Part shown: positions 10,377-20,391 of the stretch, piece by piece
Numbering within the stretch: the first letter of the stretch is position 1
Layout of the letters: the number at the start of each line of letters is the position of its first letter
Assembly (NCBI GenBank): GCA_949288175.1
Contig: CASEIV010000005.1
Span: 8,191-72,190, forward strand
Length of the DNA stretch: 64,000 nucleotides
Source of the DNA: an uncultured Eubacteriales bacterium
Lineage (GTDB): Bacteria; Bacillota; Clostridia; TANB77; CAG-508
Direction of reading: 5' to 3'
Translations under genes and position numbers: made by a program
Notes under the pieces: generated by a model
What the model saw: only the letters and a program-made list of their open reading frames with translations
Databases searched by the model: none
Told to the model about the DNA's origin: nothing

Positions 10377-11494
10377 TATCTATACTCCCTTCTAATATTA
10401 GAATCTACATATTTTGGATTGATATTAACTATTGCTTTTTCTCCTATTTTAACATCTTTTCCTGTTATGTCACAAATAACATGATATGTTCCAATTCTTC
10501 CTAATACTTTACACTTATTATCACCAATTTTTACATACATATTTTGATTTTTGAAGAAATCTTTGATATCTCTTACAATATATCTTAGCTTGTCTACCCA
10601 TCGAAACATATCTCTTCCTGTTTCAATGTTAACACCATCCATATATCCTACTGGGATTAAAGCAATTTTTGTATTTTTATTGGTTGTATATGTATTGGAA
10701 TATCCAATATTAAATCCTTTTGGTAATTCTTTTACCTCTGAAACTTCTGCTTCTAAATGTGCAATTCTTTTTAATCCTAGATTATTTCTAAAAGCAATTC
10801 TTCCTAAAAAAGCAGAACCAACTCTTACGGCATTTAAATGCATATTTGGAAATTTAATAAATGCTGATGAATTACAGATATGCAACATTCCTGTTTTTAT
10901 ATCATTCATCTTTAATACTTCAATCACATCCATAAATCTATCAAATTGTAACTTTGTATATTTGTCATCAAAAAAGCTAACAGAAAAATGTGAAAATGTT
11001 CCTTCTATTTCTATATTTTTAATTCCTTTTAATGCTTCCACCATAGAATCTCTATCTGAATAGATAAAACCATATCTTCCAAAACCAGTATCAATTTTTA
11101 AATGTGCTCTGATTTTTTGATTCTTTTCTTTCGCCACTTCTTCTGCAACTTTAATATCTTCTTTAGAACCAATGGTAAGGATAATATGATTATCTACTAG
11201 TTTTTTCACATCTTCTTTGATTGCAGTTGAAGATAACATTAAAATGTCTTCTTTAATGCCTGCTTCTCTTAATTGTAAAGCCTCTTCTATTGTAGATACT
11301 GCAAAAAATGAAATCCCATTATCAATCAACAACTTTGTAAATTCTACTAGTCCTAAACCATATGCATTTCCTTTTACAACAGCTATGATTTTTACTTTTC
11401 TACCATTATCATCTGGTCCATTTATTTCAGCATGTTTCTTTATTTGTTCTATATTATGCACTAAATCTTTTTTTTCTATAACTAAAGCTTTCAT
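10376..11494 (-). CDS. alr: Alanine racemase
   Basis: AVVKGNAYGLG PLP-lysine motif, HLKIDTGFGRYG, HICNS. Confidence 0.92.
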   Translation of the reverse strand: MKALVIEKKDLVHNIEQIKKHAEINGPDDNGRKVKIIAVVKGNAYGLGLVEFTKLLIDNGISFFAVSTIEEALQLREAGIKEDILMLSSTAIKEDVKKLVDNHIILTIGSKEDIKVAEEVAKEKNQKIRAHLKIDTGFGRYGFIYSDRDSMVEALKGIKNIEIEGTFSHFSVSFFDDKYTKLQFDRFMDVIEVLKMNDIKTGMLHICNSSAFIKFPNMHLNAVRVGSAFLGRIAFRNNLGLKRIAHLEAEVSEVKELPKGFNIGYSNTYTTNKNTKIALIPVGYMDGVNIETGRDMFRWVDKLRYIVRDIKDFFKNQNMYVKIGDNKCKVLGRIGTYHVICDITGKDVKIGEKAIVNINPKYVDSNIRREYR

Positions 11495-11516
11495 TTCTTT
11501 TCCTTTCATGAAACAT

Positions 11517-11565
11517 TAGGGACGTGTCAAATCGTTTCATTTTGAAACGATTTGGCCTGTCCCTA
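11517..11565. repeat. REP-like palindrome (gggac...gtccc family)
   Basis: tagggacgtgtcaaatcgtttca-ttt-tgaaacgatttggcctgtcccta; related copy at 61961..62003. Confidence 0.75.
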
Positions 11566-11574
11566 TCGTTCCAA

Positions 11575-12639
11575 TTATTTTTGATTTAAACTTTTTCTTT
11601 TTAATTGTCTTAATGTTCTAAAAGCTTTTTCTGAAAATTTATACAATTTATATTTTAATGGTTTAAAAGGATAATATACTTCTCCTATAAATTCTGTAAA
11701 CTTAGCACCAAATCCTTTTTTAAATCTATATAGTCCATATTGTGGGTGGCTTTCATCTACAACACCTGATACCCCTCTAAAATCATAAATATCATCATGT
11801 CTTGCAATTGCCATTTTAATCATTTCCCATTGTAATAAATAATTGGGCATTAAATTTCTATGTTTGTTACTACTTGCACCATACAAATACCATGTTTTAT
11901 TACCATAGAAAATTGGTATAACCCCTGATATTGGTTCTCCTTCATAATATGCCATTAAAACTTTCATATGTTTTGGTCCTAAACAATCATACATTTTTTC
12001 AAAGTATTCCAATGGTCTAATGATAAATCCGTCTCTTTCCCCAGTTTCCACCATGATTCTGTGGAAATCTTTTAAATCTTCTTTTGTTCCATCTTTTACA
12101 GTGACACCTTTTCTTCCTGCTAATCGAATATTATATCTCCATTTTTGATGAAATCCTGCCATAATTTCTTCTTCTGTTTTATCTTTTATATCTAAACGAA
12201 ATACATATCTTGGTTGTATTTCATCTTTAAAATCTTTCGCATCGTCTTTAATTTTATATCCTAAATCTGTAACTACTTTTCTAAATTCTTGATCATCACT
12301 TACGATATCTGGTTCTGTTCTTAATACAAATGCATTATATTTTTTTGCTAATTCTTTTGCTCCATCTGTTAATTGTTTCATAACATTTTCATCATGTATA
12401 TCACAAACTGGACCTCTTGATGAATACATCATATTTCCAAATATAGGCATTTTTCTTATCCATACACATAATGAACCAATGATGTTTTTGTTTTCATCTT
12501 CAGCTAATATGACTTCTGGCTTCCAATTTGGCTTTTTTACTTCTGCCCATTCTAATGATTGTTGAAAGTTACATCTTTCATGTCCTTCTAAAAATTTTTT
12601 ATATTCTTCTTTTGATTTCTCATCTGTTACAAATCTCAT
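11575..12639 (-). CDS. FemABX/MurM peptidoglycan interpeptide-bridge aminoacyltransferase
   Basis: FQQSLEWAEVK, RGPV, YLYGASS, YLLQWEMI, GLYRFKKGFG. Confidence 0.9.
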   Translation of the reverse strand: MRFVTDEKSKEEYKKFLEGHERCNFQQSLEWAEVKKPNWKPEVILAEDENKNIIGSLCVWIRKMPIFGNMMYSSRGPVCDIHDENVMKQLTDGAKELAKKYNAFVLRTEPDIVSDDQEFRKVVTDLGYKIKDDAKDFKDEIQPRYVFRLDIKDKTEEEIMAGFHQKWRYNIRLAGRKGVTVKDGTKEDLKDFHRIMVETGERDGFIIRPLEYFEKMYDCLGPKHMKVLMAYYEGEPISGVIPIFYGNKTWYLYGASSNKHRNLMPNYLLQWEMIKMAIARHDDIYDFRGVSGVVDESHPQYGLYRFKKGFGAKFTEFIGEVYYPFKPLKYKLYKFSEKAFRTLRQLKRKSLNQK

Positions 12640-12809
12640 GTTTTTCTCTTCCTCCTAGATATTTGCAATACATGAGTATTTTACACCAATATGTGGTTTT
12701 TTACAAGTAATTTATGTTATTTTTTGGTGAATTCTTAACGAAGATTTATTGCTTATCTTGTGTTTTTATTATATACTTTGTTATATTAATTAACTTGGAG
12801 GATTTCACT

Positions 12810-13319
12810 ATGTTTATATTCGCTCAAATTTTAGGTGCCATTGCTTTATTTATCTTAGTTTTAAGTTTTCAAAAAAATGAAAAACAATCTTTGTTAAAAT
12901 ATCAAATTGGCTCTAGTATTTTCTTTGCAGCACAATATTTGTTTTTACAAGCATATAGTGGTTGTTTAATAAATATTGCATGTATCATAAGAAACTTATT
13001 ATTCAGAAAATATAATGGTAAACAGATTCCTATTTATTATTTAATTTTTATTATTTGCATTATGATTGTTTTATCCTTATTTTCTTATGTGGGGCCTATT
13101 AGCTTACTGCCTTGTATCGCTTGTGTATTATATAGTTGTAGTCTATGGCAAAACAACTTAAAAGTTACAAGAATTGTTGAAGTCATTTCTTGTTCTTTAT
13201 ATATTATTTATAACATTAAAGTTTTCGCTTATGTTGGTTTAATCTCTACGATTATTGAATTAATTTCTGCATTAATTGCTATTTATCGATTTGATATAAA
13301 AAAAGATTATAAGACATAA
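12810..13319 (+). CDS. YgjV-family inner membrane protein
   Basis: Hydrophobic ~170 aa, AQILG...SFQ pattern; RBS ggagg before ATG 12810. Confidence 0.75.
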   Translation: MFIFAQILGAIALFILVLSFQKNEKQSLLKYQIGSSIFFAAQYLFLQAYSGCLINIACIIRNLLFRKYNGKQIPIYYLIFIICIMIVLSLFSYVGPISLLPCIACVLYSCSLWQNNLKVTRIVEVISCSLYIIYNIKVFAYVGLISTIIELISALIAIYRFDIKKDYKT

Positions 13320-13393
13320 TTTTTACTTATAATCTTTTTTGACATTTTATAAAATTCTTTTGCTTTTATAAAACAGCTTTTATAAATCTATTT

Positions 13394-13903
13394 TTAAAAT
13401 ACTTTATCTGGATTTGGGAGTAGTTCTATATTAATGTCTTCTACAGTTTTACTTATAGGAATAAGATATACATTAAAATCCCATATATCTTCAGGAGTTG
13501 TTAACGGAGCATCTCCATATATGATAATATCTACTTTTTTATTCGTAATTTTAAATTTATTGATTTCAGGATTGATTCCTGCTTCTATAACCAGTAAATT
13601 CTTATTCGTAAAAAAATCATCATTAAAATTATAATTTTCATCTTTACTCTGAACTTTATCTAAGATTTCATCCAATCTTGTTCGTTCTGTTACTACCTCA
13701 TATTCTTGCTCTTCATCTAATATTTTTGCATTATCATAATTGGTCGAATATGTTATTGTATAATAATCCTCATTGTATGCTTCATTATAATTTTTACTTT
13801 GTATTCCTTCATTATTTTTTTGTAAATTTATTATAAAAATAGCTATTATTGCAATAATAATTAATAAAATTATACCCAATATTATTTTACTTTTCTTCTT
13901 CAT
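13394..13903 (-). CDS. Hypothetical membrane-anchored protein
   Basis: Lys-rich start plus TM helix, acidic domain. Confidence 0.7.
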   Translation of the reverse strand: MKKKSKIILGIILLIIIAIIAIFIINLQKNNEGIQSKNYNEAYNEDYYTITYSTNYDNAKILDEEQEYEVVTERTRLDEILDKVQSKDENYNFNDDFFTNKNLLVIEAGINPEINKFKITNKKVDIIIYGDAPLTTPEDIWDFNVYLIPISKTVEDINIELLPNPDKVF

Positions 13904-14068
13904 ATTTTTCCCCTTTTTTATATTAATATATAATATGGTGCGGTATTCTTACAGGTTACGAACTCTTGATTCTCTTTCTAAATTATAAAATGATTATATA
14001 TAACTTATTCCATAATTGCAATAGTAATAGAAAATTTTAATCTATAATAGCTCAAAATGTTATAAATC

Positions 14069-14935
14069 CTATTTATCCAAGAGTTTCTTATTATCTAAAC
14101 TTTCAATTTTCTTTATCCCTTTACTATCTTGTAAAATCGCATATTGTTTTTTAGCTACTTCATTTAATCTCTCAAGCCTTTTATTCTGTTCTATGCCTTG
14201 ATTTATCATTTCAGCATTTAAATTTTCCAAATTAATTAAAATTACTAATTGAAGAATATTAGCATAATCTCGCATATTTCCATCTAAATTTGGATTTTCA
14301 TCTTTCCATTCTTTTGCTGTTTTACTGAATAAAGCTACATTTAATATATCTGCTTCGTTTGCACATACATATTGTTTTTGCTTTTCAGTTAAAGTTGGTA
14401 TTATATTTTCTTTTATACTATCTGTGTGTATTCTATAATTTGTTTTTGCTAATTCTCTTCTTACAGACCAATTTATCTTATTTTGATAACTTTCATTTTG
14501 TTTTAATCTTTCAAATTCTGTTATCAAATATAATTTAAATTCTGTATTTAGCCAACTAGCAAATTCAAATGCAATATCTGGATGTGCAAATGTTCCAATA
14601 CTGTACTTTCCACTACTTGGAATAATTCCAATAGCATTAAAATCCTTTTTCCATCTATTTGGTGTCATCGTAAAACGATTGTATCCGACTTCATCAATTT
14701 TAATTCTGTGTGATTCCACGGAATTAAAATTTTCATTGTGCAATTCTTCCTAAAGATTATAAAAATCAAAAGAGTTTTTATTAGACATCCAATTTCTAAT
14801 AACTCCTGATGGATCATCTTCATTTTGATATTTTGCTAAATCTGTTAAAGAAATATAATCAATATCTCCAACTCTCATTACTCTAACTAAATTATCTTTT
14901 ACTTTCATTTCTGTTTTTATCATTTCTTTTTTCAT
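14069..14935 (-). pseudogene. KilA-N domain DNA-binding protein interrupted by an in-frame TAG (14752-14750)
   Basis: DYISLTDLAK...NW; the TAG sits where Trp is expected (LWEELHN); the frame continues to GTFAHPDIAFEFASW. Confidence 0.8.
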
Positions 14936-14969
14936 TTATATCACGACCTTATATAGTTTTATATTTATT

Positions 14970-15284
14970 TTAAAACATTTGTTTGTGATTGTCAAGATTT
15001 TTACCATTTTTAGCTTTAAAATTTATACTATTAAAAAGATATAATGCAACTTTGTTTTGCTGTGCTGAATCCATTTCCATAATTTTAGCTGAAGCAAAAA
15101 TTATATAAAGATAGTTTGCAAAACTGATAGTTGTTGTTCGGTATTCTATATTGATCTCTTTTAACAAGTTATCAAAATATTTATACATTTCTTTTTTATC
15201 ATATTCTAAATTTGTATGACTGTAATTATCACACATACATATTGCTAATCTTAATTTATTTTCTATATCCATACCTTTTATCAT
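14970..15284 (-). CDS. Hypothetical protein (island cargo)
   Basis: 104-aa ORF. Confidence 0.5.
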   Translation of the reverse strand: MIKGMDIENKLRLAICMCDNYSHTNLEYDKKEMYKYFDNLLKEINIEYRTTTISFANYLYIIFASAKIMEMDSAQQNKVALYLFNSINFKAKNGKNLDNHKQMF

Positions 15285-15316
15285 ATCTATTACATAATTT
15301 ACTTTTATAGCAACTA

Positions 15317-15433
15317 TTATTTCGATTTTGTGTAATAATTGTTCTTTTCACAATATTCTTACTGTGAATCAATAGAATAGCCATTATCTCTTTGTTCATC
15401 TGTACTAACTCTTACATAAATTCCACATCTCAT
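15317..15433 (-). pseudogene. Serine recombinase N-terminal remnant
   Basis: RBS ggagg, then MRCGIYVRVSTDEQRDNGYSIDSQ*EYCEKNNY; catalytic YxRVST motif followed by a stop. Confidence 0.8.
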
Positions 15434-15458
15434 AAAATATTACCTCCTATATATTTGC

Positions 15459-15617
15459 TTAAATTTGTTTAATTTCTTTTAAGTTATACTTTTGATTATA
15501 TTCTTTAATATAAAAATTTTTACTAGCAATTTCATTTACTTTATATTCATAGTCTTTTATGATTTCTAATATTTCGGCACTTGGCTGTAATTCTTGTAAT
15601 ATTTCAAATTCAAGCAT
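15459..15617 (-). CDS. Small hypothetical protein (~52 aa)
   Basis: RBS ggag, then MLEFEILQELQPSAEILEIIKDYEY... Confidence 0.4.
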   Translation of the reverse strand: MLEFEILQELQPSAEILEIIKDYEYKVNEIASKNFYIKEYNQKYNLKEIKQI

Positions 15618-15701
15618 AAAAAATATTCTCCTTTCCAGAAAGAGAATATTTTAGTTTCATAAAAAAACTACAAACTTTATAGTTCGTAAGTTGTTATAAA
15701 T

Positions 15702-16058
15702 TGGTGGAGGTGAGGAGAGTCGAACTCCTGTCCATAATACCTTCCAAATAGACTTCTACAAGTTTAGTTTATTTTTTATATTCATCTAACTTACACCAAT
15801 AAACAGGTTTAAATTAGATATAGCTTTTAAAATACCCACTACCTTCAAAGCAAAGGTAGCTTTGTTTCCTACTAATATGACACTTTATCTAAATGCGTAG
15901 GAACATTTAGGAAAGCGTAGCTGCAACTAGGCAGCTAAAGCATACTCATTATTATTTTCTGCGTTTATATTTAGTTTCCCGTTTTTTTAAGTGGCCAACG
16001 AGAATCCACTACTTGCTATCTATCCTTCTAGTATTATGTCGAAACCAAGTACACCCCC
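15702..16058 (-). ncRNA. ssrA: tmRNA
   Basis: 5' GGGGGTGTACTTGGTTTCGAC, 3' GGAGTTCGACTCTCCTCACCTCCACCA, G3-U70 acceptor pair; tag reading frame AENNNEYALAA*. Confidence 0.97.
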
Positions 16059-16136
16059 ATGTAGTTTTCTTACCTTCCTTATTATACAATATCTTGTTGA
16101 TTTTATCAATAACAACTTTTTGTAAACATCTAATTT

Positions 16137-16790
16137 TCAAGCCTCTTTATTCCAAAGTTTAATAATATAATGTTCATCCTGATCAATAATCGGTCTGCTT
16201 ACAATTTCATATTCTATATTTGATCCTATTAAATCTTTAATTGGTTGAAAATCCATCATAAATTTTGCATATGTCATTAAAATATATCCATTTTTATTTA
16301 ATAATTTATTTGCATTTTTAAATAATGTTTCTTTCATTTCTCCATTTTTATCAAACAAAGCCATTTCAATATAATTATCAGGAATGTCATTATCCCAAGG
16401 CATTCCTGCTAAAATAATATCAAACTTTTCATCCTTAATGGCACTTAAACAATCACTTAATCTAAATTCTACCTTAACATGATTTCTTTCAGCATTCTTT
16501 CTAGCACATTCTATTGCATAAGGATTTTTATCTAATGCAATCACTTCTGCACCTTTTTTAGCTGCTTGAATTGCTAAGAATCCACAGCCTGTACCATAAT
16601 CTAGTATATTTTTATTGGTTATATTTTCTTTTTCTAATATATTCATTGATTTTATAAGATGTTCAGCAATTTCACTTGTTGGATATACATTTTTCTCTAT
16701 AATCAATCTCGTTCCCATTTGTTCCATTTCATAAGGATATGTTTCTTTTTTCAATTCTTCTACTCTTTTTAAAGCATTCTTATTTTTCAT
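16137..16790 (-). CDS. Class I SAM-dependent methyltransferase (HemK/PrmA-like)
   Basis: LDYGTGCG motif I, FDIILAGMPW. Confidence 0.85.
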   Translation of the reverse strand: MKNKNALKRVEELKKETYPYEMEQMGTRLIIEKNVYPTSEIAEHLIKSMNILEKENITNKNILDYGTGCGFLAIQAAKKGAEVIALDKNPYAIECARKNAERNHVKVEFRLSDCLSAIKDEKFDIILAGMPWDNDIPDNYIEMALFDKNGEMKETLFKNANKLLNKNGYILMTYAKFMMDFQPIKDLIGSNIEYEIVSRPIIDQDEHYIIKLWNKEA

Positions 16791-16964
16791 ATCTTCATCT
16801 ACCTCTTTTAAATAAACTATTATTATTTTATCTCTTTTTAAGATTTTATGCAAATTTCACACAAGAAAAAAGTTATAGAATTTAATATCACATCTATAAC
16901 TTTTATAATTTCAATTTATCCAGGTAGTTTATTGATTGCTTATTAGCATCTATTTTTCTCTTAT

Positions 16965-17513
16965 TTATTCATTTTTACGATTCTTTTTTATTTCCAGCCA
17001 ATATCCCGTAATAGCACATATTAATAATATTGATTCTGATATCACTCCAAATATAGACATTATATACAGATTATACAACAACCATAAAGTTTCTACTGGC
17101 ATTCCAAGTAATTTATACATTTTTGTTTTCTTCTGCCATACTGAAAATGTATATAGCATTGCAGCAAACACAGATAATAGACTATAAAGTCCTTCATATG
17201 TAAATATTGCTGAAACTATAGAAATACTATATAAAACAATTAATATGATAATATCTGTTTTATTTATTGTTTCTCTTTTTCCATTTTTCTTTTCATCAAC
17301 AAAAAAGATAACATTTCTAATCAATGCAATTATACACATAGCCACTCCTGACCATGCACTTAACAAAATATATGCTATGATATTAGCACTTATTGATAAA
17401 AAACTTAATATCAATAGCTTTTTTCTATTTTTAGCATAATAGGTTAATGCTAAAAATAAATATGTAAGAATTGTAAATATTTGTGATACTATATAGGTTA
17501 TTGACCAATCCAC
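16965..17513 (-). CDS. YgjV-family membrane protein
   Basis: Similar hydrophobic pattern to 12810..13319. Confidence 0.75.
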   Translation of the reverse strand: MDWSITYIVSQIFTILTYLFLALTYYAKNRKKLLILSFLSISANIIAYILLSAWSGVAMCIIALIRNVIFFVDEKKNGKRETINKTDIIILIVLYSISIVSAIFTYEGLYSLLSVFAAMLYTFSVWQKKTKMYKLLGMPVETLWLLYNLYIMSIFGVISESILLICAITGYWLEIKKNRKNE

Positions 17514-17547
17514 TTTTATTCTCCTTTATACCTTTATTATATTTTTA

Positions 17548-18054
17548 TTATTTTAATTTTAACATATATAACTTTCTTAAAAATCCATTAGATAATCTGG
17601 TTTCTCTTACAAATTTTAATCCAACTCTTTCAAGTGTTTTACAACTTCCTATATTGTTTGGATGTGCCATTGAGATAATATAATCAAATCCTAATTCTTT
17701 TGCCAAATTTAGTTCTATTGTTTGAAGTTTTGTGGTAATACCATTTCCTCTATATTCTGGTAAAACTAAGTTTCCACCTAATTCACATACTTGATATTCT
17801 TCAAGCCCAAATTCTTTTTTAAAGTCTGCTAACATCTCTTGTGAAACATATAATTGTGCCATACCAGCAAGCTTATCTCCATCATAAGCTCCATATAATG
17901 GTGCATAATTTTTTTCATCAAACATACTGTCATATTCCCATTGCTCATAAGGAATAAAATATTCTTTGTCTTCTACTCCTCCTAATACGGTTTCAATTAA
18001 TTTAAATAATTGCTCCTTATCTTTTTCTTCAATCTTCTTATACACTAAATTCAT
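17548..18054 (-). CDS. GNAT acetyltransferase
   Basis: VLPEYRGNG, HPNNIGS motifs. Confidence 0.85.
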   Translation of the reverse strand: MNLVYKKIEEKDKEQLFKLIETVLGGVEDKEYFIPYEQWEYDSMFDEKNYAPLYGAYDGDKLAGMAQLYVSQEMLADFKKEFGLEEYQVCELGGNLVLPEYRGNGITTKLQTIELNLAKELGFDYIISMAHPNNIGSCKTLERVGLKFVRETRLSNGFLRKLYMLKLK

Positions 18055-19211
18055 TTTAAAACCTCCTTTAAATTTTTAGAATATGTTTTTAATTTTTGAA
18101 AACAAGTATATGCTTCCATAACCTCTTTTTGATTTTTAGAAATGTATCCTCTTTCTTTCATTCCTTCTGGTAAATCTGCGATTAAAATTTCTTTATCAAT
18201 TCCGTCCCATCCTGCACCAACAATTTCTAATAATTTGGGTTCTTTTTCTTTTATCTCATCATAATCTACATATAATGTTTTGATATTACTTTGCATATAA
18301 ATTTTTAATGTTTTATTTTGTTTAAACTCTTTAATCTTATCTTTACTAAAGATAAAAATTCTTTCTACATTTACCCCTCTATTGGCTACTTCCAAATTAA
18401 TTTGTCTAAACTTCATTTCTTGTGGTTCTTCTGTCCATTCATCTTCTAACATGGTTGATGCACACCATAAGTACGATTCTTTATTTAATCTTCTAAAACA
18501 ATGATTTAATGCTTTATAAAATGTTCCGATTTCTAAATTCTCTGTTTTTCCATTTTCTCCAAATTCAATTTTTCCACCATCTGTTTTGATAGCCATACCA
18601 GTTGTATTTTTTAATCTAAGCAATATTTCAACAATATCTTCTACAATTTCATGCTCATTTACAATACATTGTTTATCTTTTGGTATGTCTAAAAGAAGTG
18701 TATTTATACGTAATCCTATCTCATTTCTAAATGTCTCTGCTAATTTCTTTTCTATTGGATTTCTTTTATCAGTATTATCATCAACAATCACAATACTAGA
18801 TTCTGAATGTAATTTATCTGCAAAATCAATAACAAAATTTTCTTCTTCTTTATTCATATGTTGTTTTGCAAAATAAATAAGCCCTTCATAATATTGCGAT
18901 AAACTTTCTAAATTATCTTGTATTTCTTCAATTTCTTCATACTCTACAATATATCCCTCTTTTTCTATACATTCTTCTAAATATGCTTTCCAATCCTTGT
19001 TACTATTGACTATCATAATTTTTTTAGGTATATGGATATATTTATAAATATTGCTTCTTCTGTCTGAAGGTTTTAATGTATCTTCTGGAATTTCCCACAC
19101 CATTCCATTTTTAATAGCTCCATGAATCCTATTTTCCTTACATAATTTAATAATTCTTCTTTCTGTGATTCCCCATATTTCGGAAAATTGTTTTGCTGTT
19201 AAGTATCCCAT
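18051..19211 (-). CDS. N-terminal HTH DNA-binding protein fused to additional domains
   Basis: YLTAKQFSEIWGITERRIIKLCKENRIHGA...W.IP....KP.D.R (excisionase-like HTH). Confidence 0.75.
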   Translation of the reverse strand: MGYLTAKQFSEIWGITERRIIKLCKENRIHGAIKNGMVWEIPEDTLKPSDRRSNIYKYIHIPKKIMIVNSNKDWKAYLEECIEKEGYIVEYEEIEEIQDNLESLSQYYEGLIYFAKQHMNKEEENFVIDFADKLHSESSIVIVDDNTDKRNPIEKKLAETFRNEIGLRINTLLLDIPKDKQCIVNEHEIVEDIVEILLRLKNTTGMAIKTDGGKIEFGENGKTENLEIGTFYKALNHCFRRLNKESYLWCASTMLEDEWTEEPQEMKFRQINLEVANRGVNVERIFIFSKDKIKEFKQNKTLKIYMQSNIKTLYVDYDEIKEKEPKLLEIVGAGWDGIDKEILIADLPEGMKERGYISKNQKEVMEAYTCFQKLKTYSKNLKEVLK

Positions 19212-19399
19212 CCCTCTTCTCCTTTTTGCATTATTCTGTTTTTAGAATAATGTACTCTATGTTTTTATATTATACTATTTTCGGAACAATGTCAATATTT
19301 TTTAATAAAATATATTATTTTAATTTAACAATATCTATTTAAGTTCTCGAAGAAGCGTAAAGATTTGTCGACGCGAAAAATTGCATAGCAATTTTTCTG

Positions 19400-19458
19400 T
19401 GCAACGTTGTTTTTTTATTGAATAGGAAAAATCAATTTTTCCTATTCAATAAAAAAAT
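19400..19458. repeat. Palindromic repeat (gcaacgttgtttttt..aataggaaaa family)
   Basis: Related copies at 61205-61262 and a partial copy at ~27918-27934. Confidence 0.65.
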
Positions 19459-19509
19459 AAAATCTTGCAGTTATATCACTACAAGACTTTATCATCTTAT
19501 ATGTTACTT

Positions 19510-20223
19510 TTAAAATAGATTTGGAAATTGTTTTACAATACCATTGACAAAAAATTGAGACATTTTTAAAATTTCTTTTTGTACCATATCATAACTATTG
19601 ATATCTTCTGTGTAATTCCCCTGTAATCTGTAATTAACTTCATTTGTTGTCAGACGTAAATGTTCATATAGCATATTTCTAATTTCTTCTTTTGGATAAA
19701 ATGGATTTATACTACTAAATGCTTCCGCCATTTCATCTGCATTTTGATACCATTTCGTATTTAACTTTGTTGCTTCTTCTTGATTTTTATTTTTTAGAGC
19801 AACAATTAACTCTTTACCAATTACCAGATGTTCTGTTAGCAATTGCTGGATTCTATTCGCTACGGCATTTCCATAAAATCTTCTAAAAACATCTGCTATA
19901 TCTTTAGGATTTCGTAACAAACGTGTTTGAGTTGCTTCCAAATCTTTTAAATTTTCTGCAATACTAATTAAAAGCATTCGTGTCCACATGATATGTTGCT
20001 CCCAAACCAAATTCATCTGTTTTATTAATTGCACTTGATTCATACTAACCCAATATTATTGATTAGGATAAATGTAAATTTGTTGACCAACTCTTAAACT
20101 ATATGGATTTAATGCCATATTGCTATCAATTATACTTTGTACAGTTGTTCCATATTGCATTGCTAGTTTATACAATGTATCTCCTGGTCGTATTGTATAC
20201 AAAATTGGATTCATTTCATTCAT
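19510..20223 (-). pseudogene. LysM-domain protein with an in-frame TAA (20058-20056) between LysM and the WEQHxxWTR helical domain
   Basis: MNEMNPILYTIRPGDTLYKLAMQYGTTVQSIIDSNMALNPYSLRVGQQIYIYPNQ*YWVS-MNQVQL..., same frame throughout. Confidence 0.7.
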
Positions 20224-20391
20224 AATTTATCTCCTCCCATATAAGATATTAGAAAGAAACCACTTTGTTTACTCCTGTGTCTAATTTTTATCTATTCTAA
20301 AAGTTGTATAGATTCATTTCAAGATAGATATATTATATAAATATATCATTCTGTTTTAACAATTTTTATGAAAATTCATATGATATTCTAG

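Larger units (their letters stand above)
13936..15706 (-). mobile_element. Decayed ~1.8-kb island integrated at the tmRNA 3' end (serine-recombinase type)
   Basis: CACCA core at both ends (13936-13940, 15702-15706), flanked by complementary arms AGTTCGTAA/TTACGAACT; contains a serine-recombinase stub and a broken KilA-N gene. Confidence 0.7.

Noticed and set aside
14750-20058. Stop-codon reassignment suggested by the in-frame TAG (KilA-N) and TAA (LysM, recombinase stub)
   Set aside because: Different stop codons are involved, in accessory or decayed genes; TAA and TAG terminate core genes normally.
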